Below are positions 1 to 7,006 of a stretch of DNA of 64,000 nucleotides, in pieces; position 1 is the first letter of the stretch, and every line of letters starts with the position of its first letter. Source of the stretch: Nitrosomonadales bacterium (lineage in GTDB: Bacteria > Pseudomonadota > Gammaproteobacteria > Burkholderiales > SG8-39); the NCBI GenBank assembly GCA_005240145.1, contig SBAS01000054.1, positions 5,234-69,233 of the forward strand, given 5' to 3'. Made by a program: the position numbers and the translations under genes. The notes under the pieces are model-generated. The model worked only from the letters and a program-made list of their open reading frames with translations. It searched no databases and was not told where the DNA came from.

Positions 1-49
1 CAGGGACAGACCCCTATTTCCGCTTTTGGGAAATCGGGGTCTGTCCCTG
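1..49. repeat. REP-like inverted repeat pair forming a long hairpin (possible yajD terminator)
   Basis: nt 1-21 (CAGGGACAGACCCCTATTTCC) pair with nt 29-49 with one mismatch, around a 7-nt loop GCTTTTG. The hairpin lies 3 nt past the yajD stop. Related single units occur at 2171-2193 and 3412-3433. The left edge may be cut by the window. Confidence 0.7.
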
Positions 50-52
50 TTG

Positions 53-364
53 TTAGCGCTTTCGCTTGCCTTTGACGAGGTCGGCCAGGCCCGCGAGCGG
101 TTTGTGCGTCGCGGGCGCCGTCGTCGACGCCTTACCTCCCCCGCCCGCCTTCGCATCCTCGAAGCGCGCGTGCTCGTTCTCGTGGCAGTAGATGCACAGC
201 AGTTCCCAGTTCGAGCCGTCGGGTGGGTTGTGGTGGTGGTCGCCGTCCTTGTGATGCACGGTGAGTTCGCGCAGGCGCGAGGCGGGAAACTCCCGCGCGC
301 AGCGCGTGCAGATCCAGGGCAGCAGCTTGAGCGCCTGCTCGCGGTAGGCCTTTGCGCCAGTCAC
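53..364 (-). CDS. yajD: HNH endonuclease family protein YajD
   Basis: 103-aa ORF with a GTG start. YREQALKLLPWICTRCAREF...LTVHHKDGDHHHNPPDGSNWELLCIYCHENEH closely matches my recollection of the E. coli YajD HNH/zinc-ribbon core. Confidence 0.9.
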   Translation of the reverse strand: MTGAKAYREQALKLLPWICTRCAREFPASRLRELTVHHKDGDHHHNPPDGSNWELLCIYCHENEHARFEDAKAGGGGKASTTAPATHKPLAGLADLVKGKRKR

Positions 365-393
365 GGAGGTAGTTTATGGACTAGCATGGGCCG

Positions 394-1008
394 ATGGAAG
401 CAAGCGTGACCACCTCCCTGCCGCGCGACTTCCCGCGCGAAATCTCCCGCGAGGAAATGGCCGCGCTGCCGATCCGGCGCTACGAGGGCGAGATCGTGCT
501 GGTGGCGGACCACCGTTCCCTCGTGCGGGCCGTGGACGACATCGGCCACGAGGCCGTGGTGGGCTGGGATACCGAGACGCGGCCCGCGTTCCGCAAGGGC
601 GAGATGTACCTGCCCAGCCTGGTGCAGGTGGCCACCTCGCGCGCGGTGTACGTGTTCCAGCTGGAGCGGATGAATGTGTCGGCGCAGGTGGCCGGGTTCT
701 TCGCCGCGACCGGCATCGTCAAGGTGGGCATTTCAGTGAAGGACGACCTGACCAAGCTCGCGATGGTGTTTCCGCTCGAGCCGGCGTCGGTGCTGGACGC
801 CGGCCTGGTGGCACGGCGCCACGGCATGGGGCAGACGGGCCTGCGCAACCTGGCGGGAATATTCCTCGGCTTTCGCGTGCCCAAGGGCGCCAAGACAACC
901 AACTGGGCGGCGCCGCGCCTCTCGGAACAGCAGATCGTTTACGCGGCAACGGATGCCTGGGCCTGCCGGGAGCTTTATTTGAAGTTCCGGGAACTGGGGA
1001 TGGTCTAG
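394..1008 (+). CDS. 3'-5' exonuclease domain protein (DEDDy / RNase D-like)
   Basis: 204-aa ORF. GWDTETRP (ExoI D-x-E) and YAATDAWACRELY (ExoIII Y-x3-D) motifs are present. GC3 is high. It is convergent with the MazG-like gene, 1 nt apart. Confidence 0.8.
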   Translation: MEASVTTSLPRDFPREISREEMAALPIRRYEGEIVLVADHRSLVRAVDDIGHEAVVGWDTETRPAFRKGEMYLPSLVQVATSRAVYVFQLERMNVSAQVAGFFAATGIVKVGISVKDDLTKLAMVFPLEPASVLDAGLVARRHGMGQTGLRNLAGIFLGFRVPKGAKTTNWAAPRLSEQQIVYAATDAWACRELYLKFRELGMV

Positions 1009-1009
1009 C

Positions 1010-1348
1010 TCAATAGTCGCTGTACTTCTTCATGCTGCCGCGCACCTTGGCGGCAGGATACTTCTCGGCGTTCTTCGCCATCTTCTTCGCCGCCGCGTCG
1101 AGCAGATCGACGTCGAGTTTGTCGGCGAGGCGCACGAGGTAGACCAGCACGTCGGCCATTTCGTCGCGCACCTCGACGAGCTTCGCCGCCGGCAGGGCGC
1201 GCGATTCGGCTTCGCTGAGCCACTGGAAATGCTCCATCAGTTCGGCGGCCTCGACACAGAGGGCCATGGCGAGGTTCTTGGGCGAATGGAACTTGTCCCA
1301 GTCGCGCTCGGCGACGAATTTACGCAAGCTGTCACGCAACGCGATCAT
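1010..1348 (-). CDS. MazG-like nucleotide pyrophosphohydrolase (DCTPP1-like small all-alpha NTP-PPase)
   Basis: The track ORF is 1010..1378. I prefer the ATG at 1348 because a GGAGGA Shine-Dalgarno sits 5-10 nt upstream. KNLAMALCVEAAELMEHFQW...EVRDEMADVLVYLVRLADKLDVDL is the typical MazG EExxE/D helix pair. Confidence 0.8.
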   Translation of the reverse strand: MIALRDSLRKFVAERDWDKFHSPKNLAMALCVEAAELMEHFQWLSEAESRALPAAKLVEVRDEMADVLVYLVRLADKLDVDLLDAAAKKMAKNAEKYPAAKVRGSMKKYSDY

Positions 1349-1365
1349 CGAATCCTCCGGTTGAT

Positions 1366-1722
1366 TCAAGCTTGCCACACCGCGTAGCCCTCTGCCTGCA
1401 GCGCGATCGCAAGCTCGACTTCCATGTCGCGCGCGGCGTCGTAGGGCATCGGGTTGGCATAGGCGTACAACCTGGGCAGCAGGCGCAGGCCGTAGTCCTT
1501 GACGTAGGCGTTGGCCTGGATGCCGGCCTTATGCCTGGCGAAGCGCCTCTCGGGCGTGAGGCCGGTGCAGCCCACGTAGACGCAAGGCTTGGTGATGTCG
1601 CGGTTGGGGTTGGCGGCGCGAAAGCGCGCGTGGTTGAGGACGCGGCCATCCAGCTCGATGACGTAGACGTTGTGGTGGTGCCGCGTGCGGCGAGGCTTGG
1701 CGGGTTTCTTTTTCCGCTTCAT
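1366..1722 (-). CDS. Small basic protein with GIY-YIG-like (URI-like) core, function unknown
   Basis: Internal ATG of track ORF 1366..1935. This ATG overlaps the PIN gene stop in an ATGA arrangement. N-terminus is KRKKKPAKPRRTRHHH, followed by VYVIEL...CVYVGCTGLTPERRFARHKAG, which resembles the GIY..YIG..R..H pattern. The family assignment is from pattern recognition only. Confidence 0.6.
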   Translation of the reverse strand: MKRKKKPAKPRRTRHHHNVYVIELDGRVLNHARFRAANPNRDITKPCVYVGCTGLTPERRFARHKAGIQANAYVKDYGLRLLPRLYAYANPMPYDAARDMEVELAIALQAEGYAVWQA

Positions 1723-2150
1723 GACGCGGAAAATTTGCGCGGCTTGAGGATGCGGAAGGATCTGGTGCGCTTCGCGAGCTCGAGCAGCTTGTGGTCCTTG
1801 GTGATGAGCGCATCGGCTTGCGCGGCGAGCGCGAGCTCGAGGAATTTCTGGTCGTCGGGATCGACGCAGCGCGCGAGGCGCTTGCGCTGCGCTTCCGGCG
1901 CCGGCGTGTCGATGCGGCGCGCGATCCTGCGACATTCTGCAAGGCAGGCGGCCTGCGCGGCAGCGTCGAGCGTGTGTCTGGCAAGGTCGTAGGCGAGCAC
2001 GCGTTCCAGCTCGGCCTCGCAGGCGGAATCAATGCATACTTCCGCCCGGCCTTCGCTCACGGTTTTTTTCAGATGCAGAACCGATGCATCGTTGAACACC
2101 AGCCAATCCAGCCAGATGTTGGTGTCGAGCACGATGCGTTTCGCCGCCAT
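1719..2150 (-). CDS. PIN-domain protein (PIN_3 / TIGR00305-like putative toxin)
   Basis: 143-aa ORF. IVLDTNIWLDWL (first acidic residue), DPDDQKFLELA and LITKD motifs are present. No recognisable antitoxin lies upstream. It is first in a three-gene array. Confidence 0.8.
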   Translation of the reverse strand: MAAKRIVLDTNIWLDWLVFNDASVLHLKKTVSEGRAEVCIDSACEAELERVLAYDLARHTLDAAAQAACLAECRRIARRIDTPAPEAQRKRLARCVDPDDQKFLELALAAQADALITKDHKLLELAKRTRSFRILKPRKFSAS

Positions 2151-2170
2151 GGCGATATTTTCCGCAAAAA

Positions 2171-2193
2171 ACAGGGTCAGACCCCGTTTTTCC
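2171..2193 (+). repeat. Single unit of the REP-like repeat (ACAGGGTCAGACCCCGTTTTTCC)
   Basis: Shares ACAGGGnnAGACCCCG..T.TTCC with both arms of the 1-49 hairpin and with 3412-3433. It lies in the divergent PIN / helicase intergenic region. Confidence 0.6.
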
Positions 2194-2276
2194 TGTACAG
2201 TGCGGGCCCTCGCAGGTTAATCATCCCGGCAAGCTCCCTTTGGTTTGGCAGCGCATCCGGCCAACCGAAGGAATCC

Positions 2277-3440
2277 ATGAGCTTCACCACGCTCGGCCTC
2301 GACCCGTCCCTGATCGCCAGTCTTACGGCGCTCGGCTATACCGCGCCAACGCCGGTGCAACTCGAGGCGATTCCCGCCGCGCTTTCTGGCGGCGACTTGC
2401 TCGTTTCCTCGCAGACCGGCAGCGGCAAGACTGCGGCATTCCTCCTGCCCGCGCTGCAGCGCCTGCACAAGCCCGCGACGAGCGGTGGGATGGGTCCGCG
2501 CATCCTGGTCCTCACGCCGACGCGCGAGCTCGCGCTGCAAGTGCAAAAATCCACCCACGCCTACGGCGCGGGCCAGCGCCTGCGCACCGCGAGCGTGGTC
2601 GGCGGCCTGCCCTACGGCCTGCAGTTGAAGCTCCTCGCCCGGCCCGTGGACATCGTCATCGCCACGCCGGGACGGCTGAAGGACCACATGGACCGGCGCA
2701 CGGTGAACCTGGGGCGCGTCGAGCTGCTGGTGCTCGATGAAGCCGACCGCATGCTCGACATGGGCTTCCAGGAGGAAATCGACGCCATCGTCGCGAAGAT
2801 ACCGAAAGAGCGCCAGACGCTGCTCTTTTCCGCCACGCTCGAAGGCATCGTCGGCCGCCTCGCGCAACGCGTTACGAAGAACCCACGGCGCATCGTCATT
2901 GCGCGCGTCGCCGAGGCGAAACTCGACATCACGCAGCATGCGCTGGTGGCCGACAACGACGCGCACAAGGTGCGCATGCTCGATACGCTGTTGCGCGAAG
3001 AGGAAGTCGACCAGACGCTCGTCTTCACCGCCACCAAGCGCGCCGCGGAGGAACTGTCGGGCGAACTGCTCGGCAAGGGCTTCGATGTGGGCGCGCTGCA
3101 TGGCGACATGCGCCAGCGCGAGCGCAGCCAGATGCTGCAGCGCCTGCGCGAGCGCAAAATGAAGGTGCTGGTGGCCACCGACGTCGCCGCGCGCGGCATC
3201 GACGTGCCCGACATCAACCTGGTGGTGAACTACGACGCGCCGCGCCAGGCCGAGGACTACGTACACCGCATCGGCCGCACCGGACGCGCGGGGCGCGCGG
3301 GCGTGGCCGTCACCTTCCTCGGCCACCAGGACCGGCACCTGGTGCGTCAGATCGAGCGCTACACCGGCAACACCGTGAGCATGATGGTCATCCCCGCCCT
3401 GGAACCGAAAAACAGGGATAGACCCCGCTATTCACGCTAG
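2277..3440 (+). CDS. DEAD-box ATP-dependent RNA helicase (RhlE-like, core only)
   Basis: Internal ATG (MSFTTLGL...) of track ORF 1791..3440. Motifs: Q motif TPVQ, SQTGSGKT, VLDEADRMLDMGF, SAT, HRIGRTGRAG. The last ~9 codons and the TAG stop lie inside a REP-like repeat unit. Confidence 0.9.
   Translation: MSFTTLGLDPSLIASLTALGYTAPTPVQLEAIPAALSGGDLLVSSQTGSGKTAAFLLPALQRLHKPATSGGMGPRILVLTPTRELALQVQKSTHAYGAGQRLRTASVVGGLPYGLQLKLLARPVDIVIATPGRLKDHMDRRTVNLGRVELLVLDEADRMLDMGFQEEIDAIVAKIPKERQTLLFSATLEGIVGRLAQRVTKNPRRIVIARVAEAKLDITQHALVADNDAHKVRMLDTLLREEEVDQTLVFTATKRAAEELSGELLGKGFDVGALHGDMRQRERSQMLQRLRERKMKVLVATDVAARGIDVPDINLVVNYDAPRQAEDYVHRIGRTGRAGRAGVAVTFLGHQDRHLVRQIERYTGNTVSMMVIPALEPKNRDRPRYSR
3412..3433 (+). 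repeat. Single unit of the REP-like repeat (ACAGGGATAGACCCCGCTATTC)
   Basis: Same core as 2171-2193 and the arms of 1-49. It overlaps the 3' end of the helicase CDS. Confidence 0.55.
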
Positions 3441-3523
3441 CGCGGTGCGCCGCGACCGTGGATGCGGCGTGGCATGCGGGGCTCCAGGTCGGGCATACTT
3501 ACAGCGAAGAAGGAAATATTCGC

Positions 3524-4129
3524 ATGAAACTCGCCATGCTCCGCAGGCTCGCGCTCGCCGCCATCCTCCTTGCCCACGCCGCCGCGCCCGCGGCCGAGGA
3601 ACCCGAAGCCGTGTACGCGAAGTTCCATCGCGCGGCGGTCTCGGGCAATCTCGAGGAGATGGCCCGCTACGCGTCCGCTACGCGCCGCGCCGAGGTGATC
3701 ACGATGTCGGCGGCGCAGAAAAACGCCGCGGTGAAAATGGCCGCGCTGAATCTGCCGCGTGCCTTCGTCGTGCGCAACAAGATAATTAATCCGGGCGCAA
3801 GCAACGCGCGCCTGCTCGTGAGCGGCCCGGGCGAGCGCTTCATCGACGGCAAGGTCGAGACGCTCTACGGCGTGATCGCGATGGTGATCGAGGCCGGGGA
3901 TTGGAAGGTGCGCGAGTCGAACTGGAGCAACGAGCAGCCTGCCAACTTTGCCCCGGCGCGTCCCGCTGCTGCGCCAACTGCCGCGGGCAAGGCGGCGGCA
4001 AATCCTGCAGCGAAGGCGCCGCCCGCGTCGATGGTCGGCACGCCTGCGCCGCGCACGCTCGGCGCCGCCAAACCGCCGTGCGTCTACAAGGCGGTGATGA
4101 CCGCCGAAGACGTCGAAAACTGCAAGTAA
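3524..4129 (+). CDS. Exported hypothetical protein with Pro/Ala-rich C-terminal region
   Basis: ATG at 3524 is preceded by GAAGGAAA. Signal-peptide-like N-terminus MKLAMLRRLALAAILLAHAAAPAAE. GC3 is high. No family recognised. Confidence 0.6.
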   Translation: MKLAMLRRLALAAILLAHAAAPAAEEPEAVYAKFHRAAVSGNLEEMARYASATRRAEVITMSAAQKNAAVKMAALNLPRAFVVRNKIINPGASNARLLVSGPGERFIDGKVETLYGVIAMVIEAGDWKVRESNWSNEQPANFAPARPAAAPTAAGKAAANPAAKAPPASMVGTPAPRTLGAAKPPCVYKAVMTAEDVENCK

Positions 4130-4399
4130 CTAGCGTTTCTTGTACTGCGGCCGGCGTACTGGCGCGGCCATCGGGCGCTCGTCCTTGTGCCGGAAGCTGA
4201 TCCGGCCGCGGGTGAGGTCGTAGGGCGATATTTCCAGGCTGACGCGGTCGCCCGCGAGGATGCGGATGCGGTGCCGGACGACCTTGCCGCCGGCGTAAGC
4301 GAGCACGCTCGCGCCGTTGGTGAGCTCGACGCGGAACTGCGTGTTGGGCAGGACTTCCTGCACCACGCCTTCCATTTCGAGCATTTCTTCTTTTGCCAT
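4130..4399 (-). CDS. infA: Translation initiation factor IF-1 paralogue with basic C-terminal extension
   Basis: [29 protein letters not shown]...[14 protein letters not shown] aligns with E. coli IF-1. It carries an extra ~17-aa tail, [19 protein letters not shown]. Confidence 0.9.
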   Translation of the reverse strand: MAKEEMLEMEGVVQEVLPNTQFRVELTNGASVLAYAGGKVVRHRIRILAGDRVSLEISPYDLTRGRISFRHKDERPMAAPVRRPQYKKR

Positions 4400-4449
4400 T
4401 CAATTCCTTCGCTTACCGGGACGCGCAGTATATCTCACACCTGTGCAGG

Positions 4450-5013
4450 TTAACCCCGGCGGTAATGCATTGGGTAGAGCTTCTTCACCACTTCACCGTC
4501 TGACGCCCAAGCCTTGCAGCCGTCGATAAAACGCGGCTTTTTACCGCTTTGGTCGGGCGCCTCCTCGACCGTGCCCTGCCCCGCCTTCGGCCAGCTGCCC
4601 ATGGTCTGGAACGCGACCGTCGCCGCGGGCATGAGCAATTCAGTGATGTGGGTGCAGCCCTTGGTGCGCCCGACCGCTTCGACCACCGCCTTCCTCCAGC
4701 CGCCGCCGACTTTCGCGCCGATGAGCGCCTTGTACGCCGGCGCGACGGTGGGACAGATGTCGTAGGGACCGTCGTTGGTGGTCACTTCGATGTCGCGGAC
4801 CGTCATCGACGCATCGAGCGTGAGGCGCAGCTGCATGTCGTGCACGTGCATGCCGGCATCGCGGTGGCCGCGGAAGACTTCCTCCACCGCGTAGGTTTTC
4901 TGGTCGACGATCTGCGCTTCGATGTCGAAGAGGCCATCATCGCGCTCGAAGCCCTCGCACTTGATGCTGCGCGTGTGCAAATGGCGGCGGTTGGCGGGTT
5001 TGGGGAGGCTCAT
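4450..5013 (-). CDS. DUF2889-like protein
   Basis: Internal ATG (MSLPKPANRR...) of track ORF 4450..5529. The upstream part of that ORF is Arg/Ala/Pro shadow sequence. GRTKGCTHITELLMP resembles the DUF2889 family as I remember it. Confidence 0.65.
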   Translation of the reverse strand: MSLPKPANRRHLHTRSIKCEGFERDDGLFDIEAQIVDQKTYAVEEVFRGHRDAGMHVHDMQLRLTLDASMTVRDIEVTTNDGPYDICPTVAPAYKALIGAKVGGGWRKAVVEAVGRTKGCTHITELLMPAATVAFQTMGSWPKAGQGTVEEAPDQSGKKPRFIDGCKAWASDGEVVKKLYPMHYRRG

Positions 5014-5023
5014 CGTATTTTCC

Positions 5024-7006
5024 TTACCATGCGCGCGCGGCGCGATTGACGGTCTTTTCCACGTCTTCTTCCAGATAATAGCCGCGGCGCTGCAGTTCCT
5101 GTGCGGCGGTTCGAATTCTCGCCACGAAGCCGGCCCGGTCCTGGTAGCGCTCGGCCATCGAGGGGCGCGGATCTTTCGCCGCTTCGCGCTCCGCCGCGTT
5201 GCGCGCGAACGGCAGCGCCATGCCGTCCAGGTAGCACAGTTCGCCCGCCGCGCCGGCCTCGGCGCTGCGCAGCGACCAGCCGGTGGTGGTCGCCGACGGC
5301 ACCGCCCGCTCGGGCAGGCGCAAGCCGGCGCGCTCATTGCCGTCGGAGTCGATCGCAGGCACCAGCACCGGGTAGCGGAACTGGTGCAGCGCGGGCGGCA
5401 CGGTATCGATGATGCCTTCGCCGAATCGCGCGCCGTAATCGAACTGCGCGAGCGGATTGGGCGAACGCGGCACGACCACGCCGGCGAGTTGCGGCCATTT
5501 CTGTGCCGCTGCGCGTACCAGCGTGCCATCGGCGATGCGCGGGTAGACGCTCGCGGGCGGCAGCGCGCCGCCCTTTACCCAGCGATCCAGCGCCAGCAGC
5601 AGCGCGCGCAGCGCCGGGCGCGCATCCACCGCGACGTTCGGGGGCGCAGCGCAGGCGCCCTTGCGCATGGTCGGTTGGAGCGCGTGCTGGGTGCCGGCGA
5701 AGTGGTAGATGCGCACGTTCTCCGGCAGCGCGATGTCCTTCTCGCCCGCGCCGTCGGCGGTGTTGAGCGAGTGCGCGCCCTGCCAGTATTCGGTGGACGA
5801 GACGGTCTGTACGATTTTCGGGCAGACGTCGCGCGCGCGGCAGCGCTCAAACAAACCGTCTTCGCCGCGGCTTTTCGGATCGCGCAGCTTCTCGTAGGCG
5901 TAGGGGAAGGCGGCGTCCGGGTAGCCGAGGAAGCCGTAGCCCATGCCGTGCACGCGGTTGGGCTGCGCGAAGCGGAAGTTGAGGAACAGGCGCGCCGAGG
6001 CGTTGTGCGGGTTGATGCCGTCGAACACGGCGCGCAGGTCCTCGGTTTCGTTGAAACCGCCGTGGAGCATGCCGCGCAGGAAGCCGCCGCCCTGCGAGCT
6101 GCCGTGCGCGAGCGCCGCGGTGATGTTGTGGCGGCCGCCAGGCCCGAGCGGATTCGGGGTGCCCTCGCGATCCTGCTGCTGGTAGCGCAGGAAACTCACC
6201 CAGTCGCGCGTCGCGGCATAGCCGATGCCCGCCACCGGCGGATTGCGCGCACGGTAGGAGAACTGGTAGAGCGCGCCGGACTTGAACGGCGTGCCCGGCG
6301 GCGAGAGCCGGATCGCGCCGTCGTCGAGGAAATCCCAGCCGGTGGCGGCGATCGCGACCGGCAAGGCGTCATTGCGCTCGCGCACCGTGAGCCGCGCCGC
6401 GCCCTTGCCCAGGGTTGCGGCCGAAAAGCTCAGCGGCGCCTCGGTCTGGTTCGCGTCGTCGAAGAGGAACTCGTCCCACACCGGCTGCTCGAGTCCCAGC
6501 ACGCGCGGCACGTCGAGCCGCAGGAGATGGCCCGCGCCCTGAGAGCGCGGCAGGCCCGCGGTCCAGCCGCTCCAGACCAGCGTGAAGCCATGTCGCATGA
6601 GGAAGCCGTCGCCCGCCGATTCGGGCCGCTCGAGCGCGTTGCCCGGCGGCGCGTCGTTCAACTGCTGCAGGATCATCTTGTCGCCGCGGTTGTTGACGTC
6701 GTAGAGGAGCGTGCCGTTCCCCTTGAACGGGTCCGCCGGGCGCAGGATTTCGAAGTCGCCGGAATACTCGACCTTGCCGCGCTTGTTGCGCGGCGCGATG
6801 CGGATGTCGGCGATGCCGCGGTTCGCCGGGTTCGTCGCATCCAGCTCGCCGTGGAAGCGCCCCACCACGCGCACATACGGGCCGATCGCGCCGAACGCCT
6901 TGCCGCCGGCATACGGACCGTGGGAGAGGATTTGAATTTTTGTCACTTCTGAAAACGAACTGAAAGAGAGGAGCAAGAGAGCCAGAACAAACCATCGCCC
7001 GTTCAT
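5024..7006 (-). CDS. Secreted 660-aa protein, possibly alpha/beta-hydrolase-like
   Basis: Signal peptide MNGRWFVLALLLLSFSSFSE. HGSSQGGGFLRG resembles a nucleophile-elbow region. The start overlaps the GGDEF gene stop (ATGA). Function uncertain. Confidence 0.6.
   Translation of the reverse strand: MNGRWFVLALLLLSFSSFSEVTKIQILSHGPYAGGKAFGAIGPYVRVVGRFHGELDATNPANRGIADIRIAPRNKRGKVEYSGDFEILRPADPFKGNGTLLYDVNNRGDKMILQQLNDAPPGNALERPESAGDGFLMRHGFTLVWSGWTAGLPRSQGAGHLLRLDVPRVLGLEQPVWDEFLFDDANQTEAPLSFSAATLGKGAARLTVRERNDALPVAIAATGWDFLDDGAIRLSPPGTPFKSGALYQFSYRARNPPVAGIGYAATRDWVSFLRYQQQDREGTPNPLGPGGRHNITAALAHGSSQGGGFLRGMLHGGFNETEDLRAVFDGINPHNASARLFLNFRFAQPNRVHGMGYGFLGYPDAAFPYAYEKLRDPKSRGEDGLFERCRARDVCPKIVQTVSSTEYWQGAHSLNTADGAGEKDIALPENVRIYHFAGTQHALQPTMRKGACAAPPNVAVDARPALRALLLALDRWVKGGALPPASVYPRIADGTLVRAAAQKWPQLAGVVVPRSPNPLAQFDYGARFGEGIIDTVPPALHQFRYPVLVPAIDSDGNERAGLRLPERAVPSATTTGWSLRSAEAGAAGELCYLDGMALPFARNAAEREAAKDPRPSMAERYQDRAGFVARIRTAAQELQRRGYYLEEDVEKTVNRAARAW

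Noticed and set aside
1366-1935. Full-length versions of track ORFs with long N-terminal extensions. Examples: 1366-1935, 1791-3440, 4450-5529, 7003-8520, 17922-19337, 36408-38495, 43005-44231, 54247-56283, 57738-59603
   Set aside because: In each case the upstream portion overlaps a better-supported neighbouring gene and is Arg/Pro/Ala-rich. An internal start with an overlap or Shine-Dalgarno context coincides with the beginning of the conserved domain.
4922-6952. 676-aa ORF on the plus strand
   Set aside because: It lies entirely antisense to the well-supported secreted 660-aa gene (5024-7006). The translation is Arg/Ala/Gly/Val-rich low-complexity sequence with no recognisable domain. This is the typical shadow ORF of GC-rich DNA.
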